NCBI RefSeq assembly: GCF_034668105.1
Contig: NZ_JAXDPY010000636.1
Coordinates: forward strand, 1 to 42,259
Reading direction: 5' to 3'
DNA from: Paraburkholderia sp.
Lineage (GTDB): Bacteria > Pseudomonadota > Gammaproteobacteria > Burkholderiales > Burkholderiaceae
DNA length: 42,259 nt
Of this stretch, positions 19,690-29,661 are shown one piece after another (the stretch's first letter is position 1; every line of letters begins with the position of its first letter). Both the position numbers and the translations under genes were made by a program. The notes beneath the pieces were generated by a model, which was not told the DNA's origin, searched no databases, and worked only from the letters and a program-made list of their open reading frames with translations.

Positions 19690-19988
19690 TACGCGGCCTC
19701 GAAACGGTAGTCTCCGTCGGACACGACAGCTACTGGTCACCACATCCCCGTGCCGGCTGGCGACCGGAACCAAAGGCTCTGTCGCAAGAACTGTGACCAA
19801 CCAACGTGGACTAGCGTGCTACAGGCGGTCGGTGCTACTTCCGGTCCATTTCGGACGCTCCTTTGTATAGAGGAGTAAGGCATCCAAAACCAATATTTCA
19901 TTAAGTTGACGGGCGGGTTGCCCGGCGAACGACCGTTATATAAGGGCCGCCTGAACCGGAATAGGACAAACGCATAACGTCGTCCTGC

Positions 19989-20891
19989 TTACGACGCCCC
20001 CTTTCCCAATGCAACCACCTCGCGTCGCGGCGGCGCCCCGAACATGCGCGAGTATTCCCGGCTGAACTGCGATGCGCTTTCATAGCCGACCTGAAACGCG
20101 GCAGTCTCCACGTTGGTCGCATCAGCCGTCATCAAACGGCGCGCCTCCAGCAGACGAAGCTGTTTCTGGTATTGCAGCGGCGTCATCGACGTGAGTGCCT
20201 TGAACTCCCGATGGAATGCCGAAGGGCTCAATTGGGCAGTGCGCGCCAGATCGTCGATGCGCACAGGTTCTGCGAAGCGCTCACGTAACAGATGGATTGC
20301 GCTCATTACACGTTGCGAGTGACCGCCGGACAGCGCCAGCCGCGCGATCTCAGCACCGCCCGGACCGCTCAGAAGCCAGTAGCTGATCTCACGCATGAGC
20401 AGCGGATGAATCACCGGAATGGCGTGCGTCGTATCGAGCAGGCGAATCATGCGCAGTGCGCAGTCGGCCAGCGGTCCGTCGAAGTTCGCCACGAAAATCC
20501 CCGACCGTGCGCCACCGCTCGAAACAGGCAGCGTATCCAATGATTGCACCACCTCGCGCATGGTCGCCAGATCCAGCTCGATGACAACGCCAAGAAACGG
20601 CTTCCCGGGACCGGCCTCGACCACTCGCCCGAACGCCGGCGTCTCGACGCTGACGATCAATGCCTGTCCCGCCCGGTAGTCGAACTGTCTGCTGCCGAAC
20701 GTCGTGGCTTTCGCGCCCTGCACGACGATACAAAGCGCCGGCTTGTGAATCAGATGATTGGGCCGCGTCTCCTGATTCGAACGGAGAATCGTCAATCCCT
20801 CGACCGCTGTGACGTAAGGGCTTTCGCCAGTCTGCGCGTCCGTGTAGTCGGTCACAGCCGCAATCAGCGCATCGAACATATCAAGTCTCAT
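19989..20891 (-). CDS. AraC-family regulator (AraC_N/YqhC type)
   Basis: KPALCIVVQGAK, REISYWLL, SAFHREFKALTSMTPLQYQKQLRL, VGYESASQFSREY; divergent from the SDR. Confidence 0.9.
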   Translation of the reverse strand: MRLDMFDALIAAVTDYTDAQTGESPYVTAVEGLTILRSNQETRPNHLIHKPALCIVVQGAKATTFGSRQFDYRAGQALIVSVETPAFGRVVEAGPGKPFLGVVIELDLATMREVVQSLDTLPVSSGGARSGIFVANFDGPLADCALRMIRLLDTTHAIPVIHPLLMREISYWLLSGPGGAEIARLALSGGHSQRVMSAIHLLRERFAEPVRIDDLARTAQLSPSAFHREFKALTSMTPLQYQKQLRLLEARRLMTADATNVETAAFQVGYESASQFSREYSRMFGAPPRREVVALGKGAS

Positions 20892-21021
20892 GGCGTGGGT
20901 GGTAGTCAGGGACGTTATAAGCACTCGAGCAGGATTAGGCAAGAAACAGGTTAGATCCGGCATTCAAATGAAGTGACGACAAAGCTATTGTTGTCCCCAT
21001 GCCAAACCAAAGGAGCATGCA

Positions 21022-21801
21022 ATGCCTACCGACACTACCATTGCCTCAAACCCGAAAATCGCGATCGTTACCGGCGGCAGCCGCGGTCTCGGCCGCAATA
21101 CCGTGCTGAGCCTCGCGAGGCGCGGCGTCGATTCGATCTTCACCTATCACTCGAATCGCGCAGAGGCCGAACACGTGATCGCCGCGGTTGAAGCAACGGG
21201 ACGTCGGGCCATTGCGCTGCGACTCGACACCGGCGACGCCGGTTCGTTCGACCCGTTCGTGCAGGATGTTCAGCACGCGCTGGCCAGCCTGGAAGCCAAA
21301 CGATTCGACTACCTCGTCAACAATGCGGGAACCTCGCTGCACAACGCATTTGACCAGACAACCGAAGACGAACTGGACACCGTCTACCGTATCCATTTCA
21401 AAGGCGTGTTCTTCCTCACGCAAAAACTGTTGCCGTTCATCAACGACGGTGGGCGGATTGTGAACGTCTCTTCGGGGTTGGCCCGCATCACGCTTCCTGG
21501 GTCTTCCGCGTATGCGTCAATGAAAGGGGCCGTCGAAGTGCTGACACGCTACATGGCGAAGGAACTCGGCGCACGCGGAATCGCGGTCAACACCGTCGCC
21601 CCGGGCGCCATCGCGACCGACTTCAGTGGCGGCATGGTGCGCGACAATCCCGAAGTGAACCAACGCGTGGCGGATATGACCGCACTCGGCCGCGTCGGCG
21701 AACCCGACGACATTGGCCCGATGATCGCCGCCCTGCTCTCGGACGACAATCGCTGGATCAATGGGCAGCGCATCGAGGTCTCGGGCGGCATGGTCCTTTA
21801 A
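21022..21801 (+). CDS. Short-chain dehydrogenase/reductase
   Basis: TGGSRGLG, NNAG, YASMK (YxxxK), VAPGAIATD; AAGGAG RBS. Confidence 0.92.
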   Translation: MPTDTTIASNPKIAIVTGGSRGLGRNTVLSLARRGVDSIFTYHSNRAEAEHVIAAVEATGRRAIALRLDTGDAGSFDPFVQDVQHALASLEAKRFDYLVNNAGTSLHNAFDQTTEDELDTVYRIHFKGVFFLTQKLLPFINDGGRIVNVSSGLARITLPGSSAYASMKGAVEVLTRYMAKELGARGIAVNTVAPGAIATDFSGGMVRDNPEVNQRVADMTALGRVGEPDDIGPMIAALLSDDNRWINGQRIEVSGGMVL

Positions 21802-22035
21802 CGCCCCAAGCCGTGGCGCTCGACTCACAGCGTCACGTTCGCTTGATGAAGATTGTCGGGATGTTGTAACCGCATAGCGATAAAGAGCCTATTCACGTTC
21901 TCGTCGCAAAGCCGGATGCGCCCGCTCTCCGGAACGGTGACCGGTGACTTGTCCGGTCACTCGCAGCAGTAAAGCTATCATTTGCGTTACAAACCACTAG
22001 TATTCCTTCACGCATCGCTGCACCGGGTCGGTGTG

Positions 22036-22314
22036 CGCGCCGGCCTGCCGAAATTCGCTTCGGGCAACCGGTTGCAGGGAACGGCCGACGAGAACGCTCG
22101 AATTGCTCAAGGAAACGTGGCCCACTTTGGCACATACACGGTAGATACCGCCGCACACGTCATCGCTTTTCATATTCAGCGAAGCACATTTCCTAACTGG
22201 GACGCGGATGTGCAGAGGCGTCCTTTCACTGTCGACGGCGATCGATTGACCTATGTCACTCCGGGCAGCTTCGGTTATGGATCAGCCAAGGTCGTGTGGC
22301 AACGAATGAAGTGA
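22036..22314 (+). pseudogene. C-terminal part of a lipocalin-like domain protein
   Basis: LPKFASGNRLQGTADE..AHFGTYTVD..STFPNW..VWQR is Lipocalin_5-like. The N-terminal GTW strand and a convincing start are missing. Confidence 0.6.
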
Positions 22315-22487
22315 ACCCGGTGTAGACAGCGTTCGCCAGGACTTCGCGAAGATATTGACCCGCGCCGGCGGGTCCATCTTGAGAACATCGATGCGATGCC
22401 GGTTTGTGCCGGCACTGGCACGGTCGTCTTCGCAGATCGTCGCGAACTTCGCGAGCACACGAATCGCAGTTAATCTTGGGAGGCCGT

Positions 22488-22955
22488 ATGTGTCACCTAT
22501 TGAAAAGATCATTTTCTCTTTTTGCGCTTCTCAGTGTGCTGGTTGGCTTTGCGAATGCCGTGTCAGCGCAGGGGGATGTACGCGCGTCTATCGAGGCGAA
22601 CAACAAACGATGGGAACAGGCGGTCAGTCGTGGCGACGCGGCGGGTATCGCTTCGCTTTATACCGGAACTGCGAAACTTCTCCCGCCGAACAGTAAAGTC
22701 GTGAGCGGGCAGAAGGCCATCACGGAGTACTGGAAGGGGGCGATTGATTCAGGGTTCAAAGCGATCAAGCTGACCTCCGTGGAAGTAGAGGCGCATGGCG
22801 ACACCGCCTATGAAATGGGCAAGTACACGGTCCCGGGAGAAGGCGGCAAGGTATTGGACGCGGGAGATTACGTCATTCTCTGGAAGAGGACGGACGGTCA
22901 TTGGAAAATGCATCGCGACATCTGGACCACGAACACGCCTGCGCCCCAACAATAA
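22488..22955 (+). CDS. Secreted DUF4440/YybH NTF2-like protein
   Basis: Signal peptide; GDAAGIASLY..LLPP..GDTAYEMG..YVILWKR.DGHWKMHRDIW; GGGAGG RBS. Confidence 0.8.
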   Translation: MCHLLKRSFSLFALLSVLVGFANAVSAQGDVRASIEANNKRWEQAVSRGDAAGIASLYTGTAKLLPPNSKVVSGQKAITEYWKGAIDSGFKAIKLTSVEVEAHGDTAYEMGKYTVPGEGGKVLDAGDYVILWKRTDGHWKMHRDIWTTNTPAPQQ

Positions 22956-23346
22956 GACGAACATCGGCCCAGATCAGTTCAGGCAGATATCGGCCAATGA
23001 TGCGTCATTTGCACGCACCGTTGCCCGGAAGTTCAGAGGTCGGCCCCCAGAAGGAGGCCACTCAACTTGCGACGATGACCATCGCTTCATCGGTCTTTGC
23101 ATGAGTGCGCGGCGCTCCCCGCCGCTTCAATCGCAATCCGGGACGGCGGAGAAGGAATGGCGTCCTTTGCTTGCAGGAAGCTGGCCAGCATCGCCTGGTA
23201 ACGCCATCGCGCCCAATTTAAAGAATTGTGAACCGTGGCCGATAACTTGATGAGACGTCAGCGCAAGATTTTCGCCTCCCCCGGAAATGGTTGCGCACGC
23301 ACATATAGCCACATTACAACTCGTCAAGGATGTCGAAAGTGAATGA

Positions 23347-24408
23347 TTGGATTACAGCTACGCACGCTTCATGTCGATAAGGCGCTGGTTGCGCTTTCGC
23401 CCGGCTGAGCTCGCCCTCGACATAGGAACGGCAAACACGCGAATTCATGTCTCCGGAGCCGGCGTGGTTCTCAATCAGGCATCCGTGCTGTGTACTCATG
23501 GACGCGACTCGTTAAGACCGGGTGGCCGTCCGACAGTGTCCGTGGGTGACGAGGCCCGGAGAATGCTCGGCAGGCTGCCGCAGAACATAGAAGCCATCAC
23601 GCCAATCCGAGGCGGTGTCATCTCGGACTTCCCGGCAAGCGAGCAGATGATCCGGCAATTCGTGCGTCACGCCCGCAAAGGCCGAAGGTTGACGAACGCG
23701 CCACGAATCACCGTCACCGTTCCGGGCGGCGCGACCCAGGTGGAGCGCCGCGCCGTTAAGGAAGCGGTACATGGTGCAGGCGCGTCCCACGTTGCGTTGC
23801 TCGCGAGACCGCTGGCCGCTGCCCTGGGCGCCGGACTCGCCATCTCCCAAGCGACAGGTTGCATGGTCGTCGACATGGGCGCCGGCACGACCGAGATCGG
23901 CGTCATTGCGCTCGGCAGCGTTGTGCGTGGGGCATCCGGCCGCGTGGGAGGCGAGACGCTTGACCAGGCCATCATTAACTACGTTCGCCGCACGCACGGC
24001 CTGCTGATTGGCGAGCACACCGCGCAACGAGTCAAGCTGGAAATCGGCAGCGCACTTCCACCCAAAGACGACCTGAAGACGGTGGTGACCGGCCGTAGCC
24101 TGGCCGAAGGCGTCCCGCGCCCCCTGACTCTTTCTAGCCAGGAGGTATACGAAGCGTTCATCGAGCCGCTCGAGCAGATCGTGTCGCTGCTAAGACGCGT
24201 GCTGGAGAGCACCCCGCCAGAGCTTGCAGCTGACATCGCCGATCGCGGGTTCATGCTGACCGGTGGGAGCGCCATGCTGCGAGGCCTCGATCAACGCCTG
24301 CGCGAAGAAACGGGACTGCCGGTGACGGTCGCTGAACAACCTATGACGTGCGTTATTCGCGGCACCGGCCTCGCGATCGAGACGCTCGATTCTCACTTCT
24401 TTGCGTAG
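23347..24408 (+). CDS. mreB: Orphan MreB-like actin paralog
   Basis: LDIGTANT, PIRGGVI, VPGGATQVERRA, VDMGAGTTE, IGEHTAQRVK, LESTPPELAADI, LTGGSAML. No mreC/mreD neighbours. The start may be ATG 23371. Confidence 0.88.
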   Translation: MDYSYARFMSIRRWLRFRPAELALDIGTANTRIHVSGAGVVLNQASVLCTHGRDSLRPGGRPTVSVGDEARRMLGRLPQNIEAITPIRGGVISDFPASEQMIRQFVRHARKGRRLTNAPRITVTVPGGATQVERRAVKEAVHGAGASHVALLARPLAAALGAGLAISQATGCMVVDMGAGTTEIGVIALGSVVRGASGRVGGETLDQAIINYVRRTHGLLIGEHTAQRVKLEIGSALPPKDDLKTVVTGRSLAEGVPRPLTLSSQEVYEAFIEPLEQIVSLLRRVLESTPPELAADIADRGFMLTGGSAMLRGLDQRLREETGLPVTVAEQPMTCVIRGTGLAIETLDSHFFA

Positions 24409-24482
24409 TGCACACATCGACACACCGCACCTCGAATTTCCTTCAGCGTATTTCTCTGAATCCTGTGAATCAATACATAGCC

Positions 24483-25265
24483 ATGCGACACGCACGAATC
24501 AAACCGCTCCGCCACCTCGCATTGACATTGGCGTTAACCGCAGCCCAGATGCTGTCCGGCGCCCATGCTAGCGAGACCACAACTATTGCGGGCGCTTCCG
24601 ATGCAACTGTACAAGTGCCGTTAGCACCTCCGGTCGGCTCGGGTCCCGCAAGTCTGTCCGAGGTGGCCGCATCGTCCAGCGAGCAAACAGGCGGTGAGGT
24701 TTCGACACTCACCCAACTTGTCCAACAGGGACGAGTGACGCTGCTTCGCTCGACGGTGGCTGGCAACTACAGCACGACACTCGCATTTTTCGGTGACGAT
24801 CTAACCTACTACGTTGCGCTTTCACAGCAAAATACTTACTGGCGCGTAATCGCGACGCAGAACAAGAAACGCGCTGAAGCGGTATACGCCGACTTTGTGG
24901 CGCAGACCGAAAGGCTGGCGGACGCGCAAAACAGGCGTGCCGAGCTTGCAGCGCAGGAAGCAGCGACACAGCGCCTGATCGAGCAGGCGCAAATCAAGGC
25001 ACAACAACTGCAGGCCGACGCCCGGATCGCTCAGACACAGCGAGATGAAGTCGCCACACAGCAAGCGCAGGCCGCAGACCAGGTCAAGAACCTGAAGGCC
25101 GAAGATCGGGACGCGCGCAAGAAGCTCTTGCAAATCAGGCATCAGGTTGTTGGGCTGCAGATCGCGTCCAATCTGGGACTCCCGCCGGAACATCCGGCAG
25201 GGTTGCACAAGATCAGAAAACACGCTCAACACACCAAAAGCGCCACGTTGGCGGCAGCTCATTAA
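24483..25265 (+). CDS. DUF2968-family periplasmic coiled-coil protein
   Basis: Signal peptide; LTYYVALSQQNTYWRVIATQNKKRAEAVYADF followed by a Gln/Ala-rich coiled coil. Confidence 0.75.
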   Translation: MRHARIKPLRHLALTLALTAAQMLSGAHASETTTIAGASDATVQVPLAPPVGSGPASLSEVAASSSEQTGGEVSTLTQLVQQGRVTLLRSTVAGNYSTTLAFFGDDLTYYVALSQQNTYWRVIATQNKKRAEAVYADFVAQTERLADAQNRRAELAAQEAATQRLIEQAQIKAQQLQADARIAQTQRDEVATQQAQAADQVKNLKAEDRDARKKLLQIRHQVVGLQIASNLGLPPEHPAGLHKIRKHAQHTKSATLAAAH

Positions 25266-25348
25266 GCCATGCGGAATCTTGTATGTCATCCCGGCGGGCC
25301 AGCTGGATGCTATTTTGCAAAGCGCGGCAGAAGAAAGTCAGTTTGACG

Positions 25349-25657
25349 TCAAGCGGGCGGCGCCTGCTGGCATTCCGCCTGGAACCATCGGTCGACCTGG
25401 CGCTGTGCCGCTTGTAGATCCTCCGGGTAGTACGGGTCGAACCACCTTGATGGGTCGTAGCCCGCTTTCCTTAGCGCCGCCAGTTCGCTGCGGTTTCGCT
25501 CCGGGGTCGGAGGCGCGTTGCTCCTGAGCGCGGCCAGGTCGATGCATTGCGCTGCGCTCAAGTGCGCCGCGCTTTGCTGGCTGCCGCCCGTCGCGCAGCC
25601 AGCGAGCAATAAAACCAACGCGGAAAGCATTGGCCATTTTTTCAGGGGGGTCTCCAT
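25349..25657 (-). CDS. DUF4148-like lipoprotein
   Basis: Lipobox LLAGC; SELAALRKAGYDP..YYPEDLQAAQ; AAGGAGA RBS. Confidence 0.7.
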   Translation of the reverse strand: METPLKKWPMLSALVLLLAGCATGGSQQSAAHLSAAQCIDLAALRSNAPPTPERNRSELAALRKAGYDPSRWFDPYYPEDLQAAQRQVDRWFQAECQQAPPA

Positions 25658-25862
25658 CTCGCGTCTCCTTTCGGTCAATCGACACTGTACAGCGGCGTCA
25701 AACGGACGATACCGCCGTTCGCTATCCCTGTGACGTGGCCACATCCACACAGACCTCGACCCACTAGCTGCGCTGCCTGTCGAACGGCTTGCACAAACGT
25801 TTCATTTTCCTAATGTAGTCTTTACGGTTTCCAAACGACGCAATACAAAAAGGAGACCGGGA

Positions 25863-26081
25863 ATGCTCGACAAGAAGAAGATGTGCGTAGGCCTGACTTT
25901 CACCTTGGCGCTTGCCGCCTGCGGCAGCGCCGCCGTGCTAGCGCTCAGCACCGCTGGCATCACCGTGGGCACTGAGGGAATGTTCCTCAACTACGCTGCG
26001 CTCTTCACCGCCATTGATCCGAAGGGCATGTACTTCGGCGAGATCGTCATGACGCAAGTACCCGCCAAGTTCAAGCAATAG
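25863..26081 (+). CDS. Small hypothetical membrane/lipoprotein
   Basis: Strong AAGGAGA RBS; basic N-terminus then a hydrophobic stretch with LAAC. Confidence 0.45.
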   Translation: MLDKKKMCVGLTFTLALAACGSAAVLALSTAGITVGTEGMFLNYAALFTAIDPKGMYFGEIVMTQVPAKFKQ

Positions 26082-26260
26082 GCAGCGTGCTTTCGCCTGT
26101 CTATGAACCGGCGCTACTCCGTGTGCTATGCACATACTCAGTTATCCGTAAGCAACTGGACTGAGTAATCCGATCTGGCTTGCAGGACCGTTTATCGGAA
26201 GAGGCGCATGCCTCTTCCGATTTAGGTCCATCTGATTTCGCGAAAGCGAGTTGTTATCCA

Positions 26261-27004
26261 TTACACCAGCACGTGACCACCGTCGACAACGATGACCTGT
26301 CCCGTGCTAAAGCCCTGCTGCATCAGATAGAGATATGTTTGCGCGACGTCGCTCGCCTCCCCGACTCGCCGTACCGGCATCTTCTCGGCGATATAGTCGT
26401 AAAGACCCTTGCGATCGGCCTCACTCATGTTGTCCCACAGGGCGGTACGCAGAACGCCGGGTGCCACGGCATTGACACGCAGCGGCGCAAGCTCCACGGC
26501 CAGTGTCCGTGTCAGTGACTCGATTGCACCCAGGATGCTGGCCGGGATGGTCCACGCAGGCAGCGGACGCGACGATGCCACGCCGCTTGTCAGCGTGATG
26601 GAGCCGCCTGCGCGAATGTACGGCGTCGCATATTTGACGGCCTTGAGGGCACCCCAGTAGCGCACCTCGAACGCACGCTGCGCAGCTTCGATGCTGAGCT
26701 CAGCAAGGTTCTGCAGGAGTAGCGATTCGCCGGCGGTGTAGACGAGATGATCGAACGCACCAACGCGCTCGAAGAACGCTTTTACTTGCGCCTTGTCCGT
26801 GAAATCAAGTGGCTCGCCGCGCGTACCTTGAGGTAGTTGCTCCAGTGCGGCCGCGACGCGCTTCGGGCTGCTCGAGGCGATGATGACTTCAGCTCCGGCA
26901 CGCGCTGCCGCTTCGGCGACGGCAAAGCCGATTCCTGACGTGCCGCCGGCCACAACGACTCGGCTCTGTTGAAGAGTAATGCTGGTAAGTTGACTGTTTC
27001 CCAT
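26261..27004 (-). CDS. Atypical short-chain dehydrogenase/reductase
   Basis: AGGTSGIG, FDHLVYTAG, LAVELAPLRVNAVAPG, TGQVIVVDGG; lacks the canonical YxxxK. Confidence 0.85.
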   Translation of the reverse strand: MGNSQLTSITLQQSRVVVAGGTSGIGFAVAEAAARAGAEVIIASSSPKRVAAALEQLPQGTRGEPLDFTDKAQVKAFFERVGAFDHLVYTAGESLLLQNLAELSIEAAQRAFEVRYWGALKAVKYATPYIRAGGSITLTSGVASSRPLPAWTIPASILGAIESLTRTLAVELAPLRVNAVAPGVLRTALWDNMSEADRKGLYDYIAEKMPVRRVGEASDVAQTYLYLMQQGFSTGQVIVVDGGHVLV

Positions 27005-27357
27005 GCTTGACGATTTCGTAATAGAGCGATCTTCGCGGCGGCGCCTGGTGTCATGCAGCACGTGCTGCCCAAGCATCGAACGATGCGCTACCGCGGCCGC
27101 GTGTGAGTGTACGTGGTTTGCGGTAAACGCGCTGCAGGCGGGAGCGCTGCTAACAATGAGCGCCGGTACGGTGACGATTGGAGTGCGCATCACTGACGTC
27201 GGTGATGCGGCGGCGTGCGTGCCCGGCTTACCGAACTCGGACGCCCGCCTTGCGATGCGCTCAACCCACCGTTGATGGACGCGATGTCCACGCATATCGC
27301 CAGGCGCAGTGGTGGGCTGAAGTAGTGAAAGCTGGGATCGCCGGTTTGACCAGACTG

Positions 27358-28011
27358 TTAGGCCGCGCTGGCGATCGGCGCCTCGAGAAGACAGCTGAAC
27401 TCGCGAGCAAAGTCGACAGAGACACGTGCGTGAACTGCGCCCTGTTTGTCAAAGAACCGCTGTGTCCCTTCGAGCGTGAACACACCTTCGTGCCAGACGT
27501 TCGGATGGATGTACAGACCTTGCTGTCCGTCGAAGCGAAAACACACGAACTTCTCTGGCGCAATGTCGTCCCCGGGCAATGCCAGTGGAATGTAAAAAGG
27601 ACGATGGTCGAGAGGAAAGAACAGTTGTCCGCCGTCAGGGTGGTAGTTCGCGTGCCAAAGCAACATGCGCTCAGGGACGTTGACGTTGTCCTCGCGAGCG
27701 GCTTCAGGGTCTTTGGCGTACGCAAGGATGTAGTTACCACCAACTGCTTCGTTTCGACCGTAGAGAATATCCCCGCGCCATTCGCTTACAAATGTCCCTT
27801 CGGTTGTACCTGCCTCGTCACCGGTTCCCGGATCGATAGGCCTTGTCCCCACCGACGGCCACTGCACAATCTCGATCGGGCAATCGCTCGGGTCCGACAC
27901 AAGCTTGCCAAATCCTTTAAGCGTTGCAGGGGTCGCGTCGACTACGGGCATTAAAACGCGTCCTAGGCCGGCGGGAAGGTCGGGGTTGAGGTAATCAATT
28001 GCTTGGGACAT
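27358..28011 (-). CDS. Ureidoglycolate lyase/hydrolase-like cupin protein
   Basis: ATPATLKGFG, NYHPDGGQLFFP, GLYIHPNVWHE resemble AllA-family motifs; start at 28011 or 28017. Confidence 0.65.
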   Translation of the reverse strand: MSQAIDYLNPDLPAGLGRVLMPVVDATPATLKGFGKLVSDPSDCPIEIVQWPSVGTRPIDPGTGDEAGTTEGTFVSEWRGDILYGRNEAVGGNYILAYAKDPEAAREDNVNVPERMLLWHANYHPDGGQLFFPLDHRPFYIPLALPGDDIAPEKFVCFRFDGQQGLYIHPNVWHEGVFTLEGTQRFFDKQGAVHARVSVDFAREFSCLLEAPIASAA

Positions 28012-28139
28012 TGGCACGGTTTACTCAGGTCGGAAGGGGTGACCGCAGGTGCTCGGAGAAAGTTTTTAACGACTTTCTTACACGAGTACCTAGCTTGATA
28101 GCAGACGCGTTCTTGCATGGAGGTGAAGTGTACAGGCGG

Positions 28140-28169
28140 TGTCGGTGGGACGTATGTCGGTGGGACGTA
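28140..28169. repeat. 15-bp perfect tandem duplication
   Basis: TGTCGGTGGGACGTA repeated twice. Confidence 0.9.
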
Positions 28170-28272
28170 TTTCAGGTCGAACTGAATCACGCTGGTGCGT
28201 TTGGTTATTCAGCGCGCCTGGGGAGACGCGCTGGCCGCTGCCGATAGATTAGTGCGGTGTGATTGGTATGGC

Positions 28273-29325
28273 TCAGTTGAACGCACGCAGCGATGCTTCG
28301 ATCTGCGCTTGCGGTGGCAATCTGCCTATCAGCACCAATTGCGAGCGCCGCTCGCCGTCGGGCCATCCCGACAGATGCACCGGTGCGTGAATCAAATGCT
28401 GGACGCCATGAATGACCAGCGGCAAGTCGGAGCCACGAACGTTCAGAATCCCTTTGACACGCAAGATGTCGGCGCCACGGCTGTGCATCAGCATCGACAG
28501 CCATATACCGAAAGCGACCCAGTCGATCGGCTCGTCAAATGTCAATGAATGCGTCGAAATATCACCGCGGTGCGGATCTTCCGGCTCTCGCCCAAACGCT
28601 CGGTATTTCGCCGATCCGGTGTTCGATGCGGCCGCAGCGATGCCCGCCGGCTGGAACCAGCGCCGCACCTCGTTAATGCGCGCGGCGGGCTGATCGAGAT
28701 CCTCACTCAGCAGGACCTGCGCATCGCCGGCATCGTCGCGCGACACGGCCAGCCACGCAGACCCATTGATCCGCCGCAACGCGCTTTGCACGGACTCGAG
28801 TTGTGCGGCATCAACCAGATCTGCCTTCGTGATCACCAGCCGGTCAGCGATGGCCGCCTGCTTGCGCGACTCGGCCTGCTGTGCGAATTGATCGAGCGCA
28901 TGGACCGCGTCCACTGTCGTCACTACGTTGCCGAGCCTGAAGTGGTGCCGCAGCACCGGGTCGCCGGCGACGGTATTGAGCACCGGAACCGGGTCGGCGA
29001 GGCCGGTCGATTCGATGATGACCCGATCGAAGGGCGGCACTTGATGGCGTTCGCGCCGGTCATAAAGATCGAGCAGAGCCTGTCGCAAATCGTCGCGCAC
29101 GCTGCAGCATATACAGCCGTTCTGCAGCACGACTGTCTCGTGATCGAGTCGTTCCAGCAACCGATGATCCAGCCCGATTTCGCCGAGTTCGTTGATCAGC
29201 ACCGCGCAATGAGCGAATGACGATTCCTCGAGCAGGCGCTTCAACAGTGTCGTCTTGCCGCTGCCGAGAAAGCCCGTCAGCAGATTAATGGGTATCCGTT
29301 GCGCCGGTTTGAGCGGTTCGTTCAC
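28273..29325 (-). CDS. COG0523/CobW-family metallochaperone GTPase
   Basis: GFLGSGKTT, NELGEIGLD, GCICCS, IIESTG, ITKAD, and C-terminal CobW_C (ILRVKG). The GTG start overlaps the upstream TGA. Confidence 0.92.
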   Translation of the reverse strand: MNEPLKPAQRIPINLLTGFLGSGKTTLLKRLLEESSFAHCAVLINELGEIGLDHRLLERLDHETVVLQNGCICCSVRDDLRQALLDLYDRRERHQVPPFDRVIIESTGLADPVPVLNTVAGDPVLRHHFRLGNVVTTVDAVHALDQFAQQAESRKQAAIADRLVITKADLVDAAQLESVQSALRRINGSAWLAVSRDDAGDAQVLLSEDLDQPAARINEVRRWFQPAGIAAAASNTGSAKYRAFGREPEDPHRGDISTHSLTFDEPIDWVAFGIWLSMLMHSRGADILRVKGILNVRGSDLPLVIHGVQHLIHAPVHLSGWPDGERRSQLVLIGRLPPQAQIEASLRAFN

Positions 29326-29639
29326 GATGCTTGCCGCAAACGGTCGAGCAGATCCGCGGCCAGCGGATCGACACGGCGACCGCTCAGGCGCTCGACCGCC
29401 GGCCACAACTGCGTGAGGTTTTCGACGATTTCCGTCTTGCCGGTGAATGTGCTGATCAAATAGGCATGACTTTGCCAATCGCTGACCGTACAGGCAAAGG
29501 CGCGAAGCACCCTGTTAAGACAAGCGACCCGCAACTGCCGCTCGCGGCGTCGCACCTGTGCGTGCTGATCTTCCGACGCCGGGGTGCCGGCATCGGTCCA
29601 ATGTGCTTCGCCGCCGAGCATTCCGCATAACCCACACAT
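29322..29639 (-). CDS. Small conserved protein with N-terminal MCxxCG..HW motif
   Basis: MCGLCGMLGGEAHWTD..DWQ..TGKTEIV..LW..VDPL; GGAG RBS; coupled to the COG0523 gene. Confidence 0.8.
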   Translation of the reverse strand: MCGLCGMLGGEAHWTDAGTPASEDQHAQVRRRERQLRVACLNRVLRAFACTVSDWQSHAYLISTFTGKTEIVENLTQLWPAVERLSGRRVDPLAADLLDRLRQAS

Positions 29640-29661
29640 CACACAGCTCCCCCGTATCCGC

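Noticed and set aside
28140-28169. Direct repeat as a CRISPR or att site
   Set aside because: Only two abutting 15-bp copies, with no spacers and no cas or integrase gene.
28273-29325. CobW as part of cobalamin synthesis linked to the B12 riboswitch/btuB
   Set aside because: It lies 25 kb away with no cob genes nearby and is coupled to a hydrolase operon. COG0523 is a broad metallochaperone family.
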